A DNA stretch of 62,921 nt, counting the filler, from Reticulomyxa filosa (lineage: Eukaryota; Protista; Foraminifera): NCBI GenBank assembly GCA_000512085.1. It is 17 parts of 17 records of this genome, joined end to end, with 100 filler letters (N's around TTAATTAATTAA, not from the genome) between each part and the next. Parts side by side here need not be neighbours in the genome. Positions count along the whole stretch, not along the records: positions 34,452 to 39,264 come from ASPP01029303.1; positions 39,365 to 45,512 come from ASPP01023864.1; positions 45,613 to 48,075 come from ASPP01002309.1; positions 48,176 to 49,598 come from ASPP01006042.1; 13 more parts are not named here. One strand, 5' to 3'. The translations under genes and the position numbers were made by a program. Positions 36,991-48,510 of this stretch are shown here, in pieces (position 1 is the stretch's first letter; each line of letters opens with the position of its first letter). Under the pieces are notes generated by a model. That model did no database searches, had not been told where the DNA came from, and saw nothing but the letters and a program-made list of their open reading frames with translations.

Positions 36991-38032
36991 ATGAAAGAAT
37001 TTGTAGGTTTCAATGCCATCAAACAAAGGAAGCAAGTAAAGCTTCCAATTACTATTGTGGGAGAGCGTAATGCCGGTAAAACGGCGCTGTTGTCGAGATA
37101 TGTCGACAACGAATATGAAAATGACTATGCTTCAACTTTTGTACAATTTGTTTTTGTTTTTTTGCAAACTTCAGACAAAGAAGTCTTTTTTCTTTTAAAG
37201 AAATTGTTGTAAAGTTTAAAACAACTTTGTTCTCAATAAAAAAAGAATAGTCAATAAATGTAATGGAAAAAAGGATCTTAAAGAAAAATGTAGAGATAGT
37301 ACTCGGGTTATGTGATGTCGGAGGAATTGATTATGAATCAAGGCCATCACTATTTACTACCGCGCTGGCGATAATATTTGTATTCGATTTGGTAAATGTT
37401 TCATCTTTGCCACCATTAAAAAAGTGGTACAAACAAGCAAGGAAGCTTAACAAAGTCCGTGCGTATATTATTTCACAAAAAAAAAAGTAGAGTCAGGGGG
37501 AAAAAAAAATTTGTTTGGGCTTGTTTATTTGTGGAATAGAAATTTGTTCCACTATTGGTTGGTGCGAAATATGATAAGTTTAAAGGCTCAAGTAACGAAT
37601 ACAAAATAATGATTACAAGAAAAGCGCGCAAAATGGCAAACCGAATGGATGGGCCTTTGATATATTGTTCTGCTGCTATGCCCAAAAACATATCGAAAAT
37701 TTTCCAACTTGCCATTCTTAAAATCTTCAATGTCGATCACATCATTAAAGAATACCACAATGAGTTAAAAGGGCCTGTTTTGGAATATGGACGCGTTTCG
37801 TAATTTTTTTTTTAAAAATTCAATTGCACGTGTAAGACACTTTTTTTTTTTTTGTGTGTGTGTTATAGCTGGCGAAATATCATATGGCATTAATCATCAG
37901 GCATTGGAGTCGATTGTGCGAGTTGAAAAAACCTGGGTACTTTAAAGAGATGGAAGATCTTGTTAAGATGTACGTGCGCATCGATTTTTTTTATTTTTTG
38001 GAGAAAAGATCGACATTATAAGGGGCAACTAA
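36991..38032 (+). CDS. Spg1/Tem1-family small GTPase (divergent) with a probable spliced C-terminal extension
   Basis: Exons 36991-37140, 37251-37454 and 37540-37794 read GERNAGKT, NVMEK, CDVGG, FVFDL, KKWYKQARKLNK, LVGAKYD, ITRKARKMA, LIYCSA, GPVLEY. Probable further exons 37869-37973 and 38009-38032. Unspliced, the ORF would stop at 37803. Confidence 0.88.
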
Positions 38033-38627
38033 AGTGAATTTTTTGTAGCTTTTGGAGGTTTCATGTATTTTTTTCGAAATTCAGTTGTGCTTTTATTTGT
38101 TTTTTCCTCACATGTTCGTTTTTGCAATAAAAAAAGAATGGTTTAATATGCACTGAGTGCAAACATTTTTTTTTGCATGCTTAATCAGCTGACTCGACAA
38201 ACGTTAGTATGTTTGCTTGTTTTTCACTTGTTCTCTTTTTTTAATTATTTTATCTTACTTCTTTCAATGTTTTTTTTTGTTGCTTTGATGCTATCACAAT
38301 GCGAATTTTATCAAAGTCACGATCTTTCGCGCCTTCCTTGTAACATTGTACAATGGGAAGAAAAAGACAAGAGAAAAATCAAATATTGTCCAAAGAAAGG
38401 CTTGTCCTTCTTATGCAATCATCGAAGTCCTATTTAATGTTGATTTGACTCACTTTTTTTACTTTTTTCCAATAATTATTACTCTTTTATCTCAAGTACC
38501 GAATTGAAAGGAATTCGCCAATCCTTTGTAGTTTAAAATTAGGAAGCAGTTGTATGATATTTCTTTGAAACTGCAGACGGGGTAAGAATGAAACTCAACA
38601 AAAACTTTAACCGCAACAAATTGGGAG

Positions 38628-39218
38628 ATGTTAACAGAAAATGGTAGCGATGAACAAAAATTTAACAAGAAAGAAATGACATATAATGGTATATGTAACT
38701 GTTCAGTTCTTACGAAGAGCTATGAAAAGCTTCAGCAGTCAAAGAACTGTTCACAGTTTTGGAATCTCTTTTTTAATTGGAAAAAGAAACTCCATTTTTT
38801 TTTTTTAATATTAAAAAAAAGATTGAACGCGCCATGGAATGGTACAAATAGTTTCAAATTCAGTGTCGCAATAGATTTTGGAACAGAAGGAACAGCAATG
38901 GCGATCACAAACAACAAAACGAGAGACACAACACGGATTTCGGATTGGAATAGCAGTGGAGTATCCGACAGCAAAGAATCGAATGGAAAAACAAGGACAG
39001 CATTGTTATTAGATCAAGATCGGCGAGTGATCGCTTTTGGCAATGAAGCTTACAACAAGTCTTTATTAATGAATTTCTTATTTTAAAATCGCAAATCAAA
39101 AAGATAGTAAATAGTTAAAATATAATTATATACAATACATTAAAACAGATATAAATCTCCAAATAATAAAGGCTCCAAAAATTGGTCACTATTCAATCGA
39201 TTTAAAATGCAGTTGTTT
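38628..39218 (+). CDS. HSPA12-like atypical Hsp70; 3' partial
   Basis: FSVAIDFGTEGTAMA, KTRTALLL, IAFGNEAY, WSLFNRFKMQLF. Exons ~38628-38688, 38822-39058, 39149-39218. Confidence 0.85.
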
Positions 39219-39230
39219 GGTTTGTTGTTT

Positions 39231-39264
<34 letters not shown>

Positions 39265-39816
39265 NNNNNNNNNNNNNNNNNNNNNNNNNNNNNNNNNNNN
39301 NNNNNNNNTTAATTAATTAANNNNNNNNNNNNNNNNNNNNNNNNNNNNNNNNNNNNNNNNNNNNCGTATTACATTTAGTACAGTTCTCCGTAGCTGACTC
39401 CCCACACATTCGTTAGTGGTATTCACAACAAAGCTATTCAATAAAAAATAAGTTTGCAAAATACTTAATAAATGAAAGCACTTTTTCTACGGTACAAATA
39501 TACATTTATAGATCAGCCAATTAAACGAATGTAGGTGAAGAGTATTATTAAATATATGTGCACAATGTTTGACTTTCAGTTCATGATAAAAATCAACCGA
39601 CTATAACAAGTAGTATTCAACATATGATGTTTGTATGCAATATTTAAAAAACTCGATCGTAATTGATCATATGAAATTGTACTAAACATAAATGTTATAT
39701 ATGCTTGAAATCTTGACAGCAAAGTTTTTAAAAGAAATTCTTTGTGTTTTAGTTGTTTTCGAAATTTGAAGGAACGCGTTGTCAAAAGCGCAGTAGGGTT
39801 TTTCTTCTGATTGACA

Positions 39817-41476
39817 ATGAAGCTCTCTCTCCGACACTTAGTCGTTGGTTTATTTGGATTAGTCTCTTGCAATGGAGGAGGAGAAGCAATTAGCAAAGAT
39901 TTTACTGCCTGTACTTTCACATTTATTGATAATAACCAAATTAACGTCTACTACAATCTGAGTGATTTCCGTTTAGATGACAAGGCGTACCAAGTCTACG
40001 ACTCTGAGCCAAATACTTTTAAATATTTGTTCAATTTTTGTAATACAATTCCTTCCAGTTGGTACAAAAACACATCACGAGTGCCAACAAGTTGTTATAC
40101 TGCGGCTGGCCCATGTCAAAACATCAACAGTCAAAACTCACATCAGTGTGACGACACTTTTTCAATTGAAAATAAACTTCGTTATTGTTTTTTTTTTTTT
40201 TTGAAGGGAATAAATAAATAAACAAGTGGGCGAAATAACGTATACACTCATTTTGAATTGTTCGTTTTATCGCAACAAATGGAATACAACAGCACTTGCA
40301 TTGCAATTGCAAGCAATGTCCAGTTATGAGGAGAATCCTAATGCGAAATGCTACTGGCTGGGAGCACAGATGAACAAGGACTCGATGCCCGATTACAATG
40401 TGTCCTTGCTGGACCCCAATGACGCAGGCCGAGGAATGTTGTTCGAATACATGAACGGCGCATGGTGTTCTTCCGCTGGAATTAATCGAAGACTGCGCGT
40501 GAAATTGCAATGTCCTGACTCCAACCGGGAATACTTTGACCCCGACATTGCTAATTCCTTGTCCGAAACTGTTCTTGTTAATAACTCAAAAAAAATAAAC
40601 ACACACATACATACGTACTTGATCTCACTGATACTCGTGTTGCACTTCTTTAAAACATTTTAGTACACTATTTGTATCGAAGATTTCATTTTTGTAATAA
40701 CCACACTTTTAAATACAAAGGAGAAAGAGGGGGGGGGGGAGGAGGAAACAAAAGGAAAATACAAGAATAATTTTTTCTTGCGCGAATTCGGAATTTTTTT
40801 TTTTTTATTTGCTTTGACGATGTAATAGGAAGACCCAGATTGTGTCTACACCTTAACTTATACTAGCTCTTTAGCTTGTCCGACTGCGTGCATTACACGA
40901 ACGGTGACGTCGAATGGTCAACCAGCCAGTGAGCACTTGTATGGCGTTTGTAACGGTAAAGGAATTTGTGCGTCAGATCCTATCACCAGTTGAGTCTTTT
41001 TTTTTTTTAGTAGAAAAAAAAAAAAAATAACGTTGACTGCGACGTGTAATGTCGATTTATATGCTTTGGGGATTTGCATTTGAATAGACTCAGTGCGGTG
41101 CTTGTGTGACGACGGCTGGACTGGAGACACTTGCGACCAACGCCATTCGGATGTTCAAAAAGTCGAGGAAAATCACACTGGAATTATAACGGCAATTGTC
41201 ATATGCATTATACTATTGGTTGTGGTATTGGGACTGAGTGCATGGATTTGCTACCAAATTCGATTGCATGAGGAAAAGGCAAAAATTCGTGATGGTGGAT
41301 TACTCTCTCCTATGCTTGTCTCGGAAAAAGAGAGCGCAACCACCACGTCAGAAGGACTGTCCATGGGACAAGTTAATCCTGACACTGCACCTCGAGGCTC
41401 TTTGATCCCTTCGGAGCCGGAGCACGATGATCCTGATGCTACCAAATCAACTGATCCTGTTGTCAGCATCAATTAA
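39817..41476 (+). CDS. Type I membrane protein: signal peptide + MRH (mannose-6-phosphate receptor homology) domain + EGF-like domain + TM
   Basis: Signal MKLSLRHLVVGLFGLVSC. MRH-like YNLSDF, YLFNFC, CYWLG, YMNGAWC, RRLRVKLQC, EDPDCVYTLTYTSSLACP. EGF-like CNGKGIC...CLCDDGWTGDTC. TM IITAIVICIILLVVVLGLSAWIC. Four exons. Confidence 0.8.
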
Positions 41477-42448
41477 TAAAAGAAAGCAATTGCGCCAATC
41501 AAATACCCACCAAAAAGAAAAATAAATAAATTTTTGCCTCCCTTTGTAATGAGGAATCCATAAAGAGAAATGCTGGTTTAAGTAGAGTTTGCGATTGTTT
41601 TTTTTTACCTTTTTTTTTCATTTCTAAGTCATTTCACTGTTCTCCAATAATTTCATTCAAAGTACTTGACGTTTTTCAACCCGCATCAACATTTTTTTTT
41701 AAATACCCGTCCATTTAAAACTCTACTTGTCATTACGCACCAATTTGCTCGTCAGTTTCAAATTAGATATCCGAAATTCTTACAAGAAAAAAAATTTAGT
41801 TTCTAACAAAAAATCGATAGTGTTCACACAATACATTTAATTACGGTTGTAGAAGAAGTAAAAATTGTCTCTGTAGTTCAGCAATTAAAGTAGTCCAGGT
41901 TTCGCTTCTTATGACAATCTTCCAAACAGATGGTAACACTATTCCCTTTTCTTTGGTTGACCTGACCCATTGTATCGGCGCTCTTTTTGCCAATAACAAG
42001 ATATTCATGGTCACAGAAGAAATGGAGGAGTATCCCGTTGCTAAATCTATGAATATTTATCAGCGCTTTTTTATGCTACTCATTATCCTCGCACATATAT
42101 GTCATTATTATAACTTCTTTTTGTATTTATTGTACTCGGTAAGTCATACGGATGCTGAAATGGAAAAACAATTTTTGAAACAAACTTATGCGTTTTCTAG
42201 ACTGTGAATGGTTTTATCGTGCGATTTTGTCTACGAATATAACATAATGGAAATTGCGCTATAACAAATAAACTTAAATAAAATTCATTTCTTGGGCATT
42301 TACGATGTTAACAAAACAAGTAAAAGTACTCTTCGCAAAATATCTAAATAAAAATTTACACACTTTCCTTATTCTAAAGTCAAATTTTCTTACGTTTACG
42401 GAGTTCGACAGTCGTTCAGCCGAACAAAAAAAAGGGGTACAAAACGAA

Positions 42449-44285
42449 ATGTCAAAAGCTAATGTTTCCAAAGCTAGTACATTCAACTCAAAGCAAGAGC
42501 CAGCGTTAGTTGACAAAGACTCAAACCCGAAGGTTGACTCGTTAACTGATCAAGACTATTTTGTGGAAGAACTACTGTCGTTGGAAGAGTCGATCGATAG
42601 AACATGGCAAGAGTTTGAAGATCAACGAGCGAGTATAAATGAAGGCTATCGAAAGCTCGAAAAAATTACAAAGGCGTCCAATTCATTTAAAAAGCAGTAC
42701 AAAATCTTGTTATCTTTTTATGAAAGTCATCTGAAAGGCCAGAACATAACAGATGAAAAGAACCAACCCACGGATCTTGCAGAGCTGCAAGAAAAGCAAA
42801 TTCAAGAGTGTGTGTTTTTTTCAAACAAACAAAAAAAAAAATAAAGGAGGGGGGGGGGGGGGGCGAGAAGGATAAAAAGCAAAAAAAAAAAAAATGTTCA
42901 GATAAATAATATTTTTTTTTATGTCACTTTTTTTTCACAAAAAAATCAGAGAGGCATGGCAAGAACGTTTGTTGAAAGTGAAAGAAGAAATTGAATCATT
43001 GCTCCAAATCCGAAAAAAAGTGGGTAGTTTATTTTTACGTTTAGTGGTAGGACGAATAAATATGCGTGTATGGAGCGAAAAGAGCGCATTTTACTGAAGC
43101 AAGAGTATGTGAAATTTAAATGGCGAACCAATGTGATATTTGTGCTGTTTCCAGTCCTGCAATTGTTGTGGCGCTATTACAATCGAGGCGGTGGTATCTT
43201 TAGCAGTCACTTTGATCCCAACACCAGTTATACTGTCGAATGGGTGGTTAAGTATTTTTATTTTCGGCCCTCAGGACCCTACATATATGGTCATATCTAT
43301 ATGCATATACATATATATATATATATATTTATTTATATATATACATATATAAATATATATGTATACGTACATATATACATACAATCACATATTAATTAAA
43401 ACAAACTAGCTATGCCAATGGCATCATGGCTGGCTATTGTATCTGTATTTGTCATTGGCGATTCGTGAGTATGTCTTACGATTGAACGGAAGTCGAATCT
43501 ACATATGGTGGATCTATCATCATCACATATCCAGCTTGATGTCATTTGTGAGCATACTGCTAATGCGGAGTGCGTATACTCGATTTAAGTTGATCTTCGA
43601 TTACGCGACGTGTTTGTTTTTGATAATCGGACTGATTCAAATGTGGCAAAATTACAACTCGAAGCGTCGCCACTACGCGAGGACGGCAATGGGGAGAGCA
43701 GGAACATTGGACATAAGCACTGGAGAAACGATCGTGGAATTGCCTTCCTCGGGCTGCGAATTCCAATGTTTGAAAGTGTGTTTATATCTATTGTATGGAC
43801 TGGAAATGTCTGTCGGGATCGCGACCATCTTCTATGTCTTTGCGCAAGGCTATGACTTGCCTCCGCAAAATCGGTTCGATTTGTTCCAATTCGAAGGCTA
43901 TTTGTTGGGTATATTGACCTTTTCAATTGGACTCGGAAACACATTTGCGCTTTACACACGTCCGAAAAAACAGCCCTCTTCGCACTCTCAATCCAATCTT
44001 CATGGACATGCTGATGCCTATGTCCACAGCCATTCCAACGGTCACAATCCCTTATCCTCTTCGCTGCCCAATTCGTGGAGTGAAAATGAGTTGGATGCTG
44101 CCTCCTTCAAAAGCGGCAAGATCTCCAATCGACTGATGAAAGGGGTCAAGTTGCATCGCTTCTCACAAGAAAGTAATTTGGCGTCGCTTCAGAAACAAGC
44201 TGTCACTCAAACTGATGATGAAAAACAACTGCAACAGCAACAGCAACAGCAACAGCAATCGCATCATGGAGACAAAGAAGACTAA
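42449..44285 (+). CDS. TMEM120: TMEM120/TMPIT (TACAN) family membrane protein
   Basis: N-terminal coiled coil, LKQEYVKFK, LYLYLSLAIREYVLRLNGSRIYIWWIYHHHIS (compare [27 protein letters not shown]), YARTAMGRAGTLDI. Four exons, poly-Q tail. Confidence 0.92.
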
Positions 44286-45076
44286 TTTTTAATTTTTTTT
44301 TTCTATGTTCGTTGCGTTCTTTTTTTTTTTTTTTAATACTTATATTACCTACACTTTTTGTTTGGTTTTTAGTTTTGCGCTGTGTGTGTGGGTCTTCATT
44401 TTGTTTGGTTGTTTAATTATTTGCTATTGATTGTTGTGAGGTTTGTGCTTGTCTTTTTTTCTTTTTTTACCTATCCATCTAATGAAAACATCTTTTTGTT
44501 GTCACTTTCCTTTCTTTTGTTCCTCTCATCTTACTCCATTCCTCACGTTAACCTCACACATTTTATGAAATGAGTGTTTGATGTTGGGTCCTCTTTTTTT
44601 GTTTTATTTTCTTTTGTTTTATTGACAGTTATGACGTCTTTTTTTTTAATAAGAAAATATGGAAAGGAAAAAAAAACAAACAAACCAAAAAGCTGTTTAA
44701 ATGATCCAGTGGTTATGCATGATTTACTTTTTTTATCTTGCTATCTTTCTATTGCCAATCCTTATTTATTATTTTGTTTAATGCTCGCTAACAATTTTCT
44801 TAGTTCATAATCAATCACTTCTGTTATATTTTCTTTGCGAATTAATTCACATATTTATTCTTACCATAAAAACGTTAACTAAGCACAATTTAAAAAGAAT
44901 AAAACTCTCCAGAAAATCTCTGGAGATTATTTTATCTTTAATATTGGACACAATAGAGTTACACATCATTTTAAAAACATTAGTTTGAACTCAAAAAAAA
45001 AATCGAAAGCAGGGGAAAGTAGGCTTATTTGATTTGCTTCATCGTTTGTTTAATTTATTTTTATTTAGATAGAAAC

Positions 45077-45369
45077 ATGGCAATAAAGTTAGGAGAACCC
45101 GTGGAGCGTTCTTATGCAGGAGAAGGAACTTCAATCAATGGTAGATACCTTCGGGTTAGAACAAAAAAGCAAAACACAAAAAAAAAATGAGTGTGGCAAT
45201 CTCTGAAGTAAAAATTGAGTATTGGAAAAAAAAAGAGTGAGTAAAAAATTAGTGGAACAAATTAAAAACGTTGTTGTAATAGTTCCAAGCAGAATTAGGA
45301 CGAGGAGCTTACAAGACAGTGTATTATGGATACGACACGATGAACTGTGTTGACGTGGCATGGAACTCA
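45077..45369 (+). CDS. WNK-family protein kinase, first two exons; 3' partial
   Basis: Not in the ORF track. 45077-45154 + 45283-45369 splice to MAIKLGEPVERSYAGEGTSINGRYLR|FQAELGRGAYKTVYYGYDTMNCVDVAWNS, carrying the WNK GRGxxKTVY lysine and the VAW motif. Confidence 0.85.
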
Positions 45370-45612
45370 GTAAAAAAAATATATGTATATGTTGATCGGT
45401 AATGTGTGTGTGTGTTGTTGGCTCATCGCTCAATTTCGAAAAAAGAGCCAAAGGATAAAAAACAACAAAAAAAAAAAAAAAAAAAAAAAAGGTACGATGT
45501 AAGAAAACATAGNNNNNNNNNNNNNNNNNNNNNNNNNNNNNNNNNNNNNNNNNNNNTTAATTAATTAANNNNNNNNNNNNNNNNNNNNNNNNNNNNNNNN
45601 NNNNNNNNNNNN

Positions 45613-46325
45613 AACATTGATAGCTGTTATCCATCACAGGTTTTGGATCACCACTTGCACAAATTGAATGTTCAGAATTGTAAAACATTGCTTTGACAAT
45701 TAAATTAACTGTTGTTTTTTTACAATCAGGACAGCTAAAAGATGTTTTATCTGATACAAACGTAGTATTATGAAATCCAATATTTACCCATACTGGTAAT
45801 TTTACTTTTGCTGCTAAACATATTTGGTTGATACAATATCCTTGCAAATTAATGCCTGGTTTTGTTTCTCCAATTTCCGTTTTTTCCATTTCCTTTTGTA
45901 CATTCTTGGTATTGTCATTGGTTTCATTCAATGCATTTTCTTGATCTTGTTTCTATTCCATTATTTCAAACAATAAAGTATTCATGAAACAAATCAAAAA
46001 ACTTTATCTATTAACTTGTTCCGTATTTTCCAATTCATTTGCTTTGCTTTCTGTTTCTTTACTCTTTTTTTTTTTTTTTTTTGTATATAAGGAATTGTAA
46101 TGGATATTAGAATAAAAAACAAGTTGCTATTACCTCTTTTTCAACAAATTGCTGAACAAGATCTTTAATCACCATTTCGATGTTCCCATTATAGTATATA
46201 ATTTTTTTTTGTAAATCTTCTTTTTGGATAGAATCTCCAAACAACCGAATTAGTATTTTTATTTCTTTTGCATATTTCCTGTCTTCTTCTTCCTTTGCAA
46301 CTTCATGGGTATTACTATCTTGCAT
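45613..46325 (-). CDS. Hypothetical protein: CUE/UBA-like helical region + Cys-rich (putative Zn-binding) domain; 3' partial
   Basis: LIRLFGDSIQKEDLQKKIIYYNGNIEMVIKDLVQ (CUE/UBA-like), acidic linker exons, then PGINLQGYCINQICLA...VWVNIGF...FSCPDC. Confidence 0.65.
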
Positions 46326-48175
46326 ACCTCCATTGCACTTTCCTTTACCTACTAAAATACAATTATACATACTTACACTGTCCATACAAGCGTATATATT
46401 ATTGTTGTTTAGATTTTAACTGTAATGCTGCAAATGTATATGCAATATTCCAATCAATTCGCCAATTGTTGTCTTTTTTTTATTACAAAAAAAAAAATGG
46501 AAACATAAATTCCCTTTTTTTTTTTGTTCAAAACTCAATTAAAAAAAGGGGTAATCCAAAAAATATAACTGACTTCAAACGGTTTTATCTCGATTCCTTT
46601 AGCATCATTATCCACTGTTTCTAAAAAAAAACAAGTAGGATTTCTTTGTAATAAAAAAGTCTTGGATAGACTGCTTTTTGTGAGACTAATAAAGCAATAA
46701 TTTTTGTTGTTAATAGCAAAGAGAATCCCTTTGCATACCTTGGGTATCTGTTACCAATACACATAAATCAACATAGTTTATTGTCTACAAAAAAAAAAAA
46801 AGGGAAAGTTTTTTAGCCTTTATTTTTGATAAAAAAACAAAAACCAAAGAACGAATTTCGTTTACCAAATTGCATCTTAAAAAATGGAGAAAATGTTTGA
46901 AAGCGAAAAGATTATTCAAGTTATGAAAAAAAATTCTGATTTTTTTTTTTGAACAAAAGGTTCCTTGAAGTAGTTCGTTTCCTTAAAAACCCATCATGTT
47001 GAGACAGTCGACAAGAATACACAAAGTTGTAAAACTAATTTATATTGAATCTATGTATTGTTTGCAAAGTTTAACTTATAATTACTATATTGTCGTCAAT
47101 ATCTTTTTTGTGTGAAAAAAAATCTCTTTTAAGTTTCTCGATTAAATAAATGTAAACCGTATATAATCAAAGGAGATCATAGAGGATATGATATATTGTC
47201 TCAAATTTTGCCACTGAAAGGAAAAGAGAGGAACAACAAAAGCCCAAAGATAATACTTTCGCTCCAATTTGTGTTATGGTCCTTGGACTGCCTCATTCGT
47301 GTTATGTTTTCAACAAGAAATGAAACTATTTTCCTTGAGCGATTGAATTGAAATAGTTTAATCAAAATAAAATTTTGATTTAAGTTTATTGTTAAGCACA
47401 AGCCCGAAACATATATATAAGTGTATATTTTTAAAAAAAAGCACTGTCAGCTTTTGGAGCGAGGTGATAACAATGTTGTGTGAATGACGGCATATTGATC
47501 ATAGTGGATTGTGTGCGCAAGCAAATAGAGATCTTGACATACACTGAGCGTGTTGCATTTAGAAGTGGATTTCATGGATGAGAATTTACGTTACGTGGTT
47601 TTTCTCGGTTGTATGCTTCGAAGTTTGGCTTGTTCATTAGAAAAATGCTGAGAAAGTTATATGGTGATCATTATCGAGACCTATTCACAAAAGAGTGGCC
47701 AATGAAAATCCTGGTACATGTATACTCTTTCGTTCAACGACAAAAAAAATGTAATTACAATAATTTACGTCATAACAGTCCAAAGCAAGATCACACGATT
47801 ATGCTTCTACCACCAATTTTTGATGTTTTTATGATTGAACGTCAGCTTCCATTTACGAACACATTCATGACTAACACGAAATTTTTTTGCAACTTTGAGC
47901 AAACTCCAGTACTAATGCAACAGTTCAACAGCACGTCTTTTGCTAAAATTCTTAATTCTTTAGCAATTTTCAAAAAAAATTAAAAGCTCAAATATCGAAC
48001 TACATTGAGCTAAAAAAAAAAGAAAATAAAAGATAAAATATTGAAATAATTAGAAAAAATGTAATAAAAAACCAANNNNNNNNNNNNNNNNNNNNNNNNN
48101 NNNNNNNNNNNNNNNNNNNTTAATTAATTAANNNNNNNNNNNNNNNNNNNNNNNNNNNNNNNNNNNNNNNNNNNN

Positions 48176-48222
48176 GGAAGAGGAAGAGGAAGAGGAAGAG
48201 GAAGAGGAAGAAGAAGAAAATG
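48176..48222 (+). repeat. (GAAGAG)n microsatellite, probably poly-Glu coding
   Basis: Direct hexamer repeats at the contig start. Confidence 0.75.
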
Positions 48223-48510
48223 AAGAAAAAAAAGTGAGTGGTAATAAAGCAAAAAAATCATTTAAAAAAAAGCATTTACAAGTTAAGTATTGAATATTAT
48301 TTGTAGTGATATGATATCTTTGTTTCCATATTTTGATTCAAGAGGAGTATATAAAAAACCTTTTTTTTTTTTTAAATAAAAAATTGTAAAGGAAGACAAT
48401 GGTGGACAAAAAAGGAAGATTGAAAATGTTGAGCTGCGTTTTTTACTTTATATTTTCTTGCTTGCATTTGATATATATATGTGTATATATATAAATCAAA
48501 CAAAATCCAG

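Noticed and set aside
44906-44926. Short hairpin TCTCCAGA-N5-TCTGGAGA upstream of the WNK gene
   Set aside because: An 8-bp stem is expected by chance in 63 kb, and bacterial-type terminators are irrelevant in this eukaryotic context.
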